This document shows positions 49,338 through 62,105 of a stretch of 64,000 nt of DNA, piece by piece (position 1 is the stretch's first letter; each line of letters begins with the position of its first letter). The stretch comes from Candidatus Omnitrophota bacterium (GTDB taxonomy: Bacteria; Omnitrophota; Gorgyraeia; Zapsychrales; JANLHA01). The notes under the pieces were generated by a model, which was not told the DNA's origin, did not search any database, and saw only the letters and a list, made by a program, of their open reading frames with translations. The stretch lies in assembly GCA_029560465.1 (NCBI GenBank), contig JAKQKX010000045.1, forward strand, positions 280,260 to 344,259, in the 5' to 3' direction. A program made the position numbers and the translations under genes.

Positions 49338-49487
49338 AATATGGCTCCTCTGCAATTATATGTTATTACCAACCGTTTGACATGGGGGTCCTTTCTCGCG
49401 GGAAAGACCGAGACAGGCAAGATACGAATGACATATCATAACACAATTCGCGGAGGAAATGAAATGAGGATCGGATAAAATTGAATA

Positions 49488-50357
49488 TCAAAGGCCGGCC
49501 TTTTGCCTGTTGAACTCTCTCTCCGTTTCGGAAATAACGATAAACCCCTCCTCTTCCACAATCCGCTGCCCGTCTTCCCCAAGCTCAAAAAGGAGGAAGG
49601 ATTTAATCCGCTTATCGGGCTTGCCGTGCACATACTGAAAAAGCGGCCGGGAAAACGGGTACCGCCCGCTTTGAACCGCCGACGCGTCTAAAGGGCTGAT
49701 ATACTCGGCTTCCGGGCCCGCCGCCACCTTGATAACATGAACATCTTTCGCATTTTTGAGATAACCGACCCCCACATACCCGATGGCGGACGTGTCTCTC
49801 CGGACCGCGTCCACAATGTCCGCGTTTCCGTTGAGCTGCAGCATGTCTTTGGGATAGTCCGCCTTCAATATTTCATCCCGAAAAAACACATGGGTGCCGG
49901 AGTGAGGCGGCCGGCCATACAAACCAATGGGCATATCATCCCCCCCCAATTCTTTCCAATTCTTAATCTCCCCCCGGAAGATCTGCGCGATCTGAGGCGC
50001 CGTCAGCTCCTCCACCGGATTGCTGCCATGAACAATAATACTTACTCCGTCCAAGGCTATGATCACGGCCACGGGATAAACCCCATTCGCTCTGGCGCGG
50101 GCCGCCTCGTCCTTGTTAATCGCCCGCGACGAATTAGCAAGCCCGCACTTTCTATTAAGCAGCGCGGCCACCCCGGTCCCGGAGCCACCCCCGGTCACGG
50201 AAACAAAAATATCCGGATTGTCCTCAAGATACGCTTCGGCCATCTTTTGAACAAGAGGGGCCATCGTATCAGAACCTTTGATAGTCAGCATCTCCTGCCC
50301 ATAACCGGGGGCACTCCACAACAACGTCAAAAAAACGAACAAAGTCCATTTTTTCAT
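49488..50357 (-). CDS. PstS-family periplasmic phosphate-binding protein (orphan, no pstCAB adjacent)
   Basis: Signal peptide MKKWTLFVFLTLLWSAPGYGQ, then GSDTMAPLVQKMAEAY...VTGGGSGTG. Confidence 0.75.
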   Translation of the reverse strand: MKKWTLFVFLTLLWSAPGYGQEMLTIKGSDTMAPLVQKMAEAYLEDNPDIFVSVTGGGSGTGVAALLNRKCGLANSSRAINKDEAARARANGVYPVAVIIALDGVSIIVHGSNPVEELTAPQIAQIFRGEIKNWKELGGDDMPIGLYGRPPHSGTHVFFRDEILKADYPKDMLQLNGNADIVDAVRRDTSAIGYVGVGYLKNAKDVHVIKVAAGPEAEYISPLDASAVQSGRYPFSRPLFQYVHGKPDKRIKSFLLFELGEDGQRIVEEEGFIVISETEREFNRQKAGL

Positions 50358-50510
50358 TCTTTCCGCTCCTCCCCAAAAAACGCCCAATTGAACAGTTAGG
50401 AGGTTTATTATACCACACCACAAAATCCCGGAGATAATCCCTTTTCTCACTAAAAAATTTTATACGGCTACATATTGACTTGCCCCTGTAAAGACTTAAA
50501 ATGATATCTA

Positions 50511-51266
50511 ATGAAAATTCTTAACCCCTTCAATACGGCTCGAAAATCCCTGCCGGCCTGTTTCGCCATCTTCCTCACGTGTGTTCTCTGCTCCTGCGGG
50601 ACCATCCCCCCTCGTCCTTCGCCTCAGCCCCCCCCGTCCGCCCCTAGGGCCAACAGGACCCACACGGTCGCGCCCGGTGAAACTCTTTGGCGCATCAGCA
50701 AAATTTACAACGTTCCCATGGCGTCCATTATCAATGTGAACCGGCTCAAAGATACCCAGCCCCTGGAAATGGGCCAAATATTAAATATTCCGTCTGCCAG
50801 CAGCCCTCAACAGGTCCTTTCTCTCTTTCCTTCGGGCCGATGGAAATATATCATTGTCCATCACAGCGCGACTCAAGAAGGGAGCTCTCTTCAATTCCAC
50901 CGCCATCATCAGGAGAAAGGCTGGGACAGCGTCGGCTATCATTTTGTCATCGATAACGGTAAAAGCGGCAAACCCGACGGGTTTATTGAAATCACGCCCC
51001 GCTGGCTCAAACAGCAGCACGGGGCCCATTGCAAAGCGTCGGACATGAACACCGTCGGAATCGGGATATGCCTGGTGGGGAATTTCAATGAAAGGGAAGT
51101 TTCCCCGGCGCAAATGAATGCTTTAGTTTATCTGGTCAATGAACTCAGAAGGTACTATAAAATCCCTAAAAACAACATCCTGGGACACCGGCATGTGCCG
51201 GGAAGCAAAACCGATTGCCCGGGGAACCGGTTCCCGTGGGACAAATTTAAACGGCAAATACAATAA
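50511..51266 (+). CDS. LysM-domain N-acetylmuramoyl-L-alanine amidase (amidase_2/PGRP fold)
   Basis: Signal peptide. LysM segment (THTVAPGETLWRISKIYNVPMASIINVNRL). Amidase_2 motifs (IIVHHSAT...HFVIDNG...GHRHVPGSKTDCPG). Confidence 0.8.
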   Translation: MKILNPFNTARKSLPACFAIFLTCVLCSCGTIPPRPSPQPPPSAPRANRTHTVAPGETLWRISKIYNVPMASIINVNRLKDTQPLEMGQILNIPSASSPQQVLSLFPSGRWKYIIVHHSATQEGSSLQFHRHHQEKGWDSVGYHFVIDNGKSGKPDGFIEITPRWLKQQHGAHCKASDMNTVGIGICLVGNFNEREVSPAQMNALVYLVNELRRYYKIPKNNILGHRHVPGSKTDCPGNRFPWDKFKRQIQ

Positions 51267-51319
51267 AATTAAAAAACGCCGTGGTTTTTAATGACCCTTC
51301 ACTTTAAGGAAAAGGACCC

Positions 51320-53920
51320 ATGAAAAAATTTTTAAAAATTTTAAAAGTCTTGTTGATCGGCTTCATGATTGTGCTGGTTATCGTCATCACCGGGGGATAT
51401 TTCTTCCTGAAAAACCTTGATATCAAACAATACAAGACCCCCATCATTCACGCGGCAGAACAGGCGCTCGGCCGCACAGTCAACTTTCAAGACATCCAGC
51501 TGAGTGTTTCCGTCATGGAAGGGGTTCGGTTTTATCTTTCGGACTTCACGGTCGCGGATAATCCGGCCTTTAGTTCCGACCCTTTCTTTTCCACGCACCA
51601 GATCGAAGCGGGGATAGACGTGCTGTCTTTCATTAAAACCCGGCAAATCTCTGTCCCCTCCATTTTAATCAGTGCCCCGCGCATCAACCTGATCCGTAAT
51701 GCCGAGGGCGTATTGAACGTTCAAACCCTCGGGGCCCAGTCCGGACAACCTTCCGCCCCGGCCCCCTCTGGGCAGAAAACCATGGCCTTACCCGCCCTGC
51801 TCATCCAAGCGCTCAAAATCAAAAACGCCGAAATCCGGGTTATCGATCTGTCCGCGCACCCGCCAGCCGAAATCTCCGTGACCAAGATGGATTTTTCCAT
51901 TAATAATTTCTCTCTCACACAGCCATTTGAAATGCTCCTTGAAGCCGCGGTCTTAAGCGCTCAAAAAAACCTGCGCGTTACGTCAAACGCCCAGATCCAT
52001 CTTCGGGACCAATCCGCGGCCTTGTCCAATCTGGACATGACCCTGGACCTCGGCGCCCTGGCGCTGGATGAATTGCGCCGCTTCCCCATGCTCACAGGGG
52101 CCCCTCTCCCGACGGTTCTGAAAGGGCAAGTCCGGACGGCCGTAAAAGAACTGACCATTTCCGATAAAGGCCTTGAAAATATCCTCATCAACGCGTCATT
52201 ATCCGACGGCGCCTGCGTTCTTCCCGACGTGGTCCCGGGCCTCCCGATAGAAGCCGATAAAATTAACCTTAAGATCACTGATTTTTCCCTGGGAGGCAAC
52301 GCGCCGTTCCATATCACGCTCAACGCCGCGCTCTTGAACACGGCCCCCAACATTCATTTTACCGGCGACGCCTCCCTGGACCTGGTCCGGCAGGCCGTCA
52401 CCATCACGAACGGGACCGCTGACGTTGACCTAAGGCAGCTCCCCCTGGAAAAAATCCGGGCAGCCGGGCTGATCCCCGCAGGAACGCCCTTCCCCGAGAC
52501 ACTCGCAGGGGACATCCGCCTCGAACTTAAAAAGATTGAAATTTCCGCCAAAGGGGTCGGACAACTCCTGGCGGATATGAGCTTAAAAGACGGCGCCGTC
52601 TTTATCCCTGTGGTGGCGCCTGGCATATCCCTGAACGCCCCGAAGATCAACCTGGAAGCCCAAAATATTTCGCTCCAAGATCCCTTCCTTCTGCGGGGGT
52701 CCCTGGCTTACGAGAGCGATGTCCCCAACATATCATTTCAAAGCACCGTCGCCGTCGACCCCGCCCAGCAAAGCGTCCACCTGACCGCCGGGACCGTGTC
52801 CACGGATCTTGCTCAATGGTCCATGGAGCGGTTAAAAAACGCGCTTGTCCCCCTGAAAGACGCCTCCCTGCCGGAAACACTCCAAGGGACTTTGACCCTT
52901 TCCCTGTCCGAGCTAACGGCAGGGGCCCAAGGTCTGGTAAGCCTGGACGGAAAAGGCGCGATCAAGGATGGGATCGTCAAAATGAAGGAACTCGCCGTGC
53001 CCTTGGAAAAAATCAACACGTCCTTTCACGTCACGGCTTCGGACGTCACGATTGACACCCTCACCGCGTCCCTAGGGGCGGGGCGGATCACGGCCCAGTT
53101 CACCATGAAGGATTATCTGGCCTCCCAGACGTTTGAAACCCAGGCAAAAATCCAAGGGCTCAACCTCGCGGAAGTCCTGGATCAACAAAAAGCACCCGTT
53201 AAAGCGGCCGGCCTTGTGTCCGGGACATTCCAAGCCCGCGGCAGCGTCATGGACATGAATTCCATAACGGGGGACGGCATCCTGGATGTCCAAGAAGCAA
53301 AACTCGTGGACCTAAACGTGTTGAAAACGGTTCTGAACGGCATGGTCTTTCTGCCGAATGCCTCCGCGCGCCTGGAAACAGGTCTGCCCGAGCGGTATAA
53401 AGCAAAGCTGCAAGACAAAGACACGGATATCCGCAAGATCTCTTTTACAGGCACGATCGCTGACGGCAAGATCCTCATTGAGCCGGCCGCGATCGAAGCC
53501 GATGAATTCCTCTTTTCCGGAACATCTCAAGCGGGTTTTGATCAGAAATACATCATGGATGGCTCTTTTAAAATCCCCGAGGAACTCTCCGCGGCCATAG
53601 TGAATATTATTGAGGAGATGAAATATCTTTTCGGCCAGGACAACGCCATCACCCTGCCTATTCATGTCCAGGGCGAAGGAAACAAGCCCCCGACAATTCA
53701 TGTACTCAAAACCGCGGAAGACCTCTTTAAAAACGCCCTACGGAATCAAGGGAAAGAAGCGCTGGGGAATGTCCTGAAAAAAGTCATCGGAGGAGATTCC
53801 TCCTCCCCGGAAGAACAGACAGGGACAGGCCAGCCGGAAACCGGACAGACAGAAACCCCGTCCATGGAAGAACAGATCATCGAAAAAGGGATCGGGATTC
53901 TTAATCAAATTTTTAAATAA
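51320..53920 (+). CDS. AsmA-family (TamB/AsmA-like) envelope assembly protein
   Basis: 866 aa. N-terminal TM anchor, a long repetitive beta-rich periplasmic domain and an acidic, Gln/Thr-rich C-terminal tail. Confidence 0.75.
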   Translation: MKKFLKILKVLLIGFMIVLVIVITGGYFFLKNLDIKQYKTPIIHAAEQALGRTVNFQDIQLSVSVMEGVRFYLSDFTVADNPAFSSDPFFSTHQIEAGIDVLSFIKTRQISVPSILISAPRINLIRNAEGVLNVQTLGAQSGQPSAPAPSGQKTMALPALLIQALKIKNAEIRVIDLSAHPPAEISVTKMDFSINNFSLTQPFEMLLEAAVLSAQKNLRVTSNAQIHLRDQSAALSNLDMTLDLGALALDELRRFPMLTGAPLPTVLKGQVRTAVKELTISDKGLENILINASLSDGACVLPDVVPGLPIEADKINLKITDFSLGGNAPFHITLNAALLNTAPNIHFTGDASLDLVRQAVTITNGTADVDLRQLPLEKIRAAGLIPAGTPFPETLAGDIRLELKKIEISAKGVGQLLADMSLKDGAVFIPVVAPGISLNAPKINLEAQNISLQDPFLLRGSLAYESDVPNISFQSTVAVDPAQQSVHLTAGTVSTDLAQWSMERLKNALVPLKDASLPETLQGTLTLSLSELTAGAQGLVSLDGKGAIKDGIVKMKELAVPLEKINTSFHVTASDVTIDTLTASLGAGRITAQFTMKDYLASQTFETQAKIQGLNLAEVLDQQKAPVKAAGLVSGTFQARGSVMDMNSITGDGILDVQEAKLVDLNVLKTVLNGMVFLPNASARLETGLPERYKAKLQDKDTDIRKISFTGTIADGKILIEPAAIEADEFLFSGTSQAGFDQKYIMDGSFKIPEELSAAIVNIIEEMKYLFGQDNAITLPIHVQGEGNKPPTIHVLKTAEDLFKNALRNQGKEALGNVLKKVIGGDSSSPEEQTGTGQPETGQTETPSMEEQIIEKGIGILNQIFK

Positions 53921-53953
53921 AAACGGCCGCCCCGGTTAAGGGCTATTGCGGAA

Positions 53954-55408
53954 TTATTTTCTCCAGGTGGCCGGGATAAACAGGACAAGGATGGCGTATA
54001 ATTCCAGCCGGCCGGCCAGCATCAAAAAAATTAGCGTCCATTTACTGGGGATGGATAACCATGCGTAATTTTGCGCCGGCCCGACCATCCCCAGGCCGGG
54101 GCCAATGCTGCTCAAAGCGGAAATCGAGGCGCTGACAGCCGTTATCAAATCACACGATTCAAAACCTAATAGCAATATGATCCCCGCCACAAAAAGGCCG
54201 CAGTAAATCGTGAAATATTCCAGAACCGATTGAATCATATCCTCCGACAGGCCAACGCCGTTGAACCGGACGCACTTGATCCCGTGGGGATAAAGCGCCT
54301 GCGACACGGACCAGAAGGATTTCTTTAAGAGCAACAAAAACCGGACGACCTTCAGCCCTCCGGCGGTTGAACCAATGCACCCGCCGATAAACATAAGCAT
54401 TAAAAGGACAGCATGGGCCGCCGGGGGCCAAAGGCTATAGTCTGTTGTTGCAAAACCCGTGGTCGTCATGATGGACGTGACCTGAAAGATGACCGTGCGG
54501 GCGCTTTCGACCGCCCCATCTTGGACACACAGCAAGAAGTAACAGAGAACAGACGCGGATCCTAATAATAAAAGGTATAAACGCATTTCCTCATTTTGAA
54601 AGAATTTTTTGGACTTTCCGGATAATAAACTCAAATAAAGCGAAAAATTCATCCCGCCTATAATCATAATAAAAATCGTAATCCATTGAATCGCAGGGCC
54701 ATAAGCACCGAGGCTCGCGTTTTTCGTTGAGAATCCGCCGGTCGCGATGGTTCCGAAGGCATGGCACAGAGAATCAAAGATCGGCATACCGTTCCCATAC
54801 AGCAAAACCGTCGCCAAAACGGTAAAAAAAGTATAAATGAGCCATAAAAACGTCGCGGTCTTGCGGACCTGGCCCTCCAGGGTATTATCTTCCAGGCCAG
54901 AGGCCTCAAAATTATACAAGCGCTTCGAGGTTACCCCGATGCTGGGAAACAGGGCGACAAAAAGCGCCACAACGCCCAAGCCGCCCAGCCAATTCGTTAA
55001 GCTGCGCCAGAACAGGATCCCCCGCGGCAATATTTCCACATTCTTAAATATACTGGCCCCCGTTGTCGTGAACCCGCTGACGATTTCGAAAACGGCGTCA
55101 GTGTAAGATGGCACAACACGCCCCAACAATAACGGAAGCGCGCCCCACAGCGACAAAAATATCCAGGATAATCCCACCACAAAGAATTCATCTTTAATGG
55201 TGATCTGTTCATAATTGGATTTTCTCAATCTCACAGCGCCAAGGGCCCAGACAGAAAACAGGAAACCCGTTCCTATGGTGGTCAGGAAAGCGAAAACTTC
55301 ACGGCTGTGAGGGTCGTCATGGATAGCCCAGGCGAGCGGAGCCAGCATAAAAGCACTCACCAAGAGCAAAAGACGAGCAATAATATTAATGACAAATTCT
55401 TTATGCAT
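53954..55408 (-). CDS. trkH: TrkH/KtrB-family potassium transporter subunit
   Basis: ATG at 55408 (MHKEFVIN) with a GGAGGAAG SD. Multiple MPM repeats with G-rich selectivity-filter loops. No trkA adjacent. Confidence 0.85.
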   Translation of the reverse strand: MHKEFVINIIARLLLLVSAFMLAPLAWAIHDDPHSREVFAFLTTIGTGFLFSVWALGAVRLRKSNYEQITIKDEFFVVGLSWIFLSLWGALPLLLGRVVPSYTDAVFEIVSGFTTTGASIFKNVEILPRGILFWRSLTNWLGGLGVVALFVALFPSIGVTSKRLYNFEASGLEDNTLEGQVRKTATFLWLIYTFFTVLATVLLYGNGMPIFDSLCHAFGTIATGGFSTKNASLGAYGPAIQWITIFIMIIGGMNFSLYLSLLSGKSKKFFQNEEMRLYLLLLGSASVLCYFLLCVQDGAVESARTVIFQVTSIMTTTGFATTDYSLWPPAAHAVLLMLMFIGGCIGSTAGGLKVVRFLLLLKKSFWSVSQALYPHGIKCVRFNGVGLSEDMIQSVLEYFTIYCGLFVAGIILLLGFESCDLITAVSASISALSSIGPGLGMVGPAQNYAWLSIPSKWTLIFLMLAGRLELYAILVLFIPATWRK

Positions 55409-55690
55409 TATTTTTTTGCGCTTCCTCCGCATCCTCCGGCCAGCCCCAGGCCATCAGCGACATTATGAACACGCAAGCGGGGGAGGGCACTTCATAAAGC
55501 GTATCAAAAATTTCCTGTTCCAGCAACTCCTTCGTCTTTATAATCCATTCAACCCCGCCAGGGGCCCCTCCCCTTCCCGGGGTTCCCGGCCTGAAACCAG
55601 AAACGCCGACGGACGCCAGTTCCTGACAACCATCATCAGTCGCCTCCCTTGAATTTTTATTTTTCTATGCTATAGTCTGTTACGGGGATC

Positions 55691-56158
55691 ATGATCATCA
55701 ACGTAAATTTAAAATTGCCTTATGTCAATGCCATTCAAGGCGCGTGGGATGTCAAAGAATGCGAGACGCATGCCGCCTGGGAAACGTATGTCGAAATCGT
55801 GACCCGGATTTTACCGGCACATCCCGTCACGCACACCCGGCACCCCCAGATGGAGCTCGCGTCAATCCAACAGCTGTTTGATAAAATCCGGGATATCCTT
55901 AAAAAATTCGGCCCCGCCATCGGGCAAACCCACTTGGCGGGAGGCTTAACCTTCGCGTTTCTGGCGTTGACAATCATGAATGTCGTTTTACGGCCTGCCC
56001 TCATGGAACACAAAGGCATCCCCGGCAAGGAAAGCCGCGAATCACCGGACAGGCCTCCGGAAGAGGATCAGCGGCTATGCGAACAGCTTAATAAAACCTA
56101 CGCGGTGTTGATTGATTTTTGCAACATCCTGACTCAAGCGGCCGGGGTCGAGCTTTAG
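55691..56158 (+). CDS. hypothetical protein
   Basis: 155 aa, one predicted TM helix (LAGGLTFAFLALTIMNVVL). Weak RBS and no recognisable family, so coding status is uncertain. Confidence 0.35.
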   Translation: MIINVNLKLPYVNAIQGAWDVKECETHAAWETYVEIVTRILPAHPVTHTRHPQMELASIQQLFDKIRDILKKFGPAIGQTHLAGGLTFAFLALTIMNVVLRPALMEHKGIPGKESRESPDRPPEEDQRLCEQLNKTYAVLIDFCNILTQAAGVEL

Positions 56159-56209
56159 AAAAACCCGCATAATATTCCATGATAATTCAAATAACACGTG
56201 AGGTGTCTC

Positions 56210-56626
56210 ATGGCTCCAGGTAAAATTTTTATAACCCGATTCGACAAAGAGCGGTTAAAAGACATCCTTTTAAAAACAACGCATTTTAATGCTGAAGACC
56301 GGGCTTTTCTGAAACAGCTTGAAGAGGAACTTTCCCGGGCTGATGTCGTGGACCCGGAAAAAATTCCACCCGATGTCATAACCATGAACTCGACGGTTTG
56401 CATCGAAGACATGGACACCGGGGAGGAAGAAACGTATTCCCTCGTGTTTCCGGGCCACGCCAATTATCAAGAGCATAAAATTTCGATATTGGCTCCGATT
56501 GGAACCGCTTTGCTGGGCTACAAGGAAGGGGACGTGATTGAATGGCCCGTCCCGGCCGGCATAAGGAAGATCCGGATCAAACGGGTTCTCTACCAGCCGG
56601 AAGCCAGCGGGCATTATCACCTTTGA
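56210..56626 (+). CDS. rnk: GreA/GreB-family C-terminal-domain protein (Rnk-like regulator of nucleoside diphosphate kinase)
   Basis: ATG at 56210 with GAGGTG SD. Short N-terminal coiled coil plus an FKBP-like GreA C-terminal domain (LAPIGTALLGYKEGDVIEWPVPAGIRKIRIKRV). Confidence 0.8.
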   Translation: MAPGKIFITRFDKERLKDILLKTTHFNAEDRAFLKQLEEELSRADVVDPEKIPPDVITMNSTVCIEDMDTGEEETYSLVFPGHANYQEHKISILAPIGTALLGYKEGDVIEWPVPAGIRKIRIKRVLYQPEASGHYHL

Positions 56627-56663
56627 CCTATGCATCGCCGGACGCCTTAAAAACCCGGGCCTG

Positions 56664-56703
56664 GATGAAAAAAGCCCTGGCCGGACAAACATGGCCAGGG
56701 CTT
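56664..56703 (-). terminator. rho-independent terminator downstream of gdhA
   Basis: Perfect 11-bp stem AAGCCCTGGCC / GGCCAGGGCTT (56672-82 / 56693-703). On the minus strand it is followed by TTTTTTCA. Confidence 0.65.
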
Positions 56704-56722
56704 GGAAACCGCCAAAAACTTA

Positions 56723-59492
<2,770 letters not shown>

Positions 59493-59499
59493 GGTTCAT

Positions 59500-60363
59500 T
59501 TATCCCGCGTTATGAAGACGACAAATATGTTTTTCCTGTTCGGTATACACGCTGTTGCGCGTTAACAGCTCCTGCCAATCGACCTGGCTCGCGTCAAATT
59601 CCGGCCCATCCACGCAACTGAACTTGACTTTCCCGGCCACGCTCACGCGGCAGCCGCCGCACATACCGGTCCCGTCCACCATGATCGCGTTCAAAGAAAC
59701 GAGCGTCAAAACCCCAAACGGTTTTGTCACCAAAGAAACAGCCCTCATCATGGGGATAGGGCCGACGGCGTAAACCAGGTCATATTTTGATTTTTCAAGA
59801 AGCTCTTGGAGCGCTTGAGTCACAAAGCCTTTCCGGCCATAGGACCCGTCATCGGTCAGGACAACGCACGCGTCGGAAGCCTCTTTTAACTCACGCTCAA
59901 GGATCAACAGTTCTTTCGTGCGCGAGCCGATGATGGCCGTCACCTCGTTCCCGGCGTCTTTGAACGCCTGCGCGACCGGGTAAATTTCGGCTATGCCCAC
60001 GCCGCCGCCGACCAGGATCACCTTCCCGTACTTTTTAATCTCGGTCGCGTGCCCCAACGGCCCTACAACGGAATAAAGGAAATCCCCCGCATTCATTTGA
60101 GCCAGTAATTTTGTGGTAAATCCCGCTTCCTGCGCGATCAGCATCACCGTTCCCTTCACCGGATCGGCCTTGACGACCGTCAAAGGGATCCGTTCTCCCT
60201 CCTCTTTGACCATCAGGACAACAAATTGTCCCGCCTTGGCTTTCGCGGCGATATCCGGGACCAAGATCGTCAGCTTTACGATCCGGGTGCCCTGGCTTTC
60301 CATCAAGAATTCTTTGTCTATGATCTTCATGAATTTTTCCACATTTGATCCTTTTTTTACCAT
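59500..60363 (-). CDS. nfnA: NfnA/PyrK/SudB-like FAD + [2Fe-2S] electron-transfer subunit
   Basis: Ferredoxin-NADP-reductase-like FAD/NAD fold with C-terminal CGGCRVSVAGKVKFSCVDGPEF cluster motif. Gene lies 8 nt upstream of nfnB. Confidence 0.8.
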   Translation of the reverse strand: MVKKGSNVEKFMKIIDKEFLMESQGTRIVKLTILVPDIAAKAKAGQFVVLMVKEEGERIPLTVVKADPVKGTVMLIAQEAGFTTKLLAQMNAGDFLYSVVGPLGHATEIKKYGKVILVGGGVGIAEIYPVAQAFKDAGNEVTAIIGSRTKELLILERELKEASDACVVLTDDGSYGRKGFVTQALQELLEKSKYDLVYAVGPIPMMRAVSLVTKPFGVLTLVSLNAIMVDGTGMCGGCRVSVAGKVKFSCVDGPEFDASQVDWQELLTRNSVYTEQEKHICRLHNAG

Positions 60364-60575
60364 TAAACGCCCTTCATTTCAGGCTTTTTATATAAAAAGA
60401 CCTCTTTAAAAGTTCACCGGGACGTCTTTATCTCCCTGCCATTTCAAGCCTTTTCTCCTAAAAATATAACCTTCATGCTATATCCGGCCTTCCACCCTGT
60501 CAATATTTATTTCAGAATGCCGCCCCCCAAAAAAACGGCACGCCTGTTTCCCGCCTTTCCAGGGGTTCCTGGAGG

Positions 60576-61910
60576 TTACCGGCGATTCCGGTGAGCCAAA
60601 ATTTTCCCCGTCCATATTATTCCTGTCATGGCGGACAAGATGTCTGTGACAAGCCGCGCCCAGAAAATCCCTCTTAGCCCTAAAAATTTCGCGCCGGCCA
60701 ACGATAGCGGGATCAAAAGGACAATCACCCGAATACTGTTTAAAATAGCCGCGTCTACCGGCTGATGGATCCCGGTCAGGCAAAATCCTGAATAACGGTA
60801 TACTTCCAAGAAACCGTAACCAAAACACGTGATGCGGATATATTGAACCAGGACATCGATGACTCCCGGGTCCGAGGAAAATAATCCGGCGAGCAGCCGA
60901 GCGATGGCAAAAAATATGCCCCCGATCCCCAAGCCGAAAATGAGCGCGAAGGACATCGTGCCTTTGCGCGCAGCCTGAATCCGGTCAAAACGATTGGCCC
61001 CGAAATTTTGCGCCACGAACGGCACCAACGACATCCCGACCGTCATAGGGATCATAAAAGCGAACATCTCGATACGGGTGGCGACGCCGCAGGCGGCAAT
61101 CGCGGCGTTCCCGAAACCCGAGACGACCTTAATGACAACCGCGCTGGAAATCGGGGTTAAGATTGAGCTCAACACGCTCGGCAAGCCGATAGACAAGATC
61201 CTTCGCCAAGAAACAAAAATCCTGCGCCACGAATACGGCAAAAACGAAATCAACCGGTGTTTTTTATGCAAAACAAAAAAGGTGGCCGCCAACACCGTTG
61301 CCTGCGAAAGGACCGTGGCCAACGCCGCGCCCGCGATCCCCATCCGGGGAAACCCCCAAAACCCGAAAATCATAACCGGGTCAAGGATAAAGTTAACAAG
61401 CGTCCCGCCAACCATTAAAAGGCTCGCCGCCTTGGTGTTCCCGGCGCCGATAATGACATCCCCCAGCATGATCTGGACCGCCATCACCGGCATTCCAAAA
61501 TACCAGACTGTCATATATTGCCCGGTGAAAACCAACGTTTCCCCGCCGGCCCCCAGTCGCGAAAAAAGCGGCTTTATGGTCGCCAGCCCGGCAGCCGCGA
61601 TGATCCCGGAAATAATAAAAACCAGGGATATCGCATGGGTGGTCAGTCTGGCCGCCGTATCCTGCTTGCTCCCGCCTAAGGCCCGGGCCACGACCGCCAT
61701 GGCCCCGGTCCCGATCCCCCGGATGATAAAATTCAACAACATAATAACCGGGAAGCCAAACGTCATCGCCGCCAAAGAATTGGTGCCCAACCGGGAAACG
61801 AACCACGTGTCCGTTAAATTATATGCGTTTATGGCGAATGTCCCGGCCAGCATCGGGACAGCCATCCTTATCAACGTTGTAAAAACACCGTCTTTGACTA
61901 ACTTTGGCAC
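60576..61910 (-). CDS. MATE-family multidrug/oligosaccharide exporter
   Basis: 12 TM with a duplicated 6-TM repeat (LIRMAVPMLAG...). Start set at GTG 61910 because the ORF-track TTG at 61961 lies inside the upstream terminator T-tract. ATG at 61865 is an alternative. Confidence 0.8.
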   Translation of the reverse strand: MPKLVKDGVFTTLIRMAVPMLAGTFAINAYNLTDTWFVSRLGTNSLAAMTFGFPVIMLLNFIIRGIGTGAMAVVARALGGSKQDTAARLTTHAISLVFIISGIIAAAGLATIKPLFSRLGAGGETLVFTGQYMTVWYFGMPVMAVQIMLGDVIIGAGNTKAASLLMVGGTLVNFILDPVMIFGFWGFPRMGIAGAALATVLSQATVLAATFFVLHKKHRLISFLPYSWRRIFVSWRRILSIGLPSVLSSILTPISSAVVIKVVSGFGNAAIAACGVATRIEMFAFMIPMTVGMSLVPFVAQNFGANRFDRIQAARKGTMSFALIFGLGIGGIFFAIARLLAGLFSSDPGVIDVLVQYIRITCFGYGFLEVYRYSGFCLTGIHQPVDAAILNSIRVIVLLIPLSLAGAKFLGLRGIFWARLVTDILSAMTGIIWTGKILAHRNRR

Positions 61911-61953
61911 GGATATTTGACCTTGTTGTTGGGCGAAGGGATATGGCCACCTG

Positions 61954-61982
61954 AAAAACAAAAACCAGAGAGCTTTCTCTGG
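61954..61982 (-). terminator. rho-independent terminator downstream of PEP-utilising-domain gene
   Basis: Stem CCAGAGA / TCTCTGG (61965-71 / 61976-82) with loop GCTT. On the minus strand it is followed by TTTTTGTTTTT. Confidence 0.6.
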
Positions 61983-62105
61983 TTGCCCCTCTCCGAAAGT
62001 TTATGAGGTCCGCCGCAGGGTATAAGCTATTAATAATGCCACAACCGGATCAGCACGCGACACCCCGGACCCCGGAGGGATGTGCCTGTTTGTGTTTCAA
62101 ACAAG

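Noticed and set aside
49480-49497. Palindrome AAAGGCCGGCCTTT at the pstS-like stop codon
   Set aside because: Stem of only 5 bp with a 4-nt loop and no adjacent U-tract, so it is not a convincing terminator.
53921-53953. Bidirectional terminator between convergent asmA and trkH
   Set aside because: Only a 4-bp GCCC/GGGC stem plus GGCCG before a T-tract. It is plausible but too weak to call from sequence alone.
55432-55690. Possible small ORFs upstream of trkH (e.g. MMVVRNWRPSAFLVSGREPREGEGPLAGLNGL)
   Set aside because: No plausible start with correctly spaced SD in the frame that runs into trkH. The composition is that of GC-rich non-coding leader. It is treated instead as a possible structured RNA.
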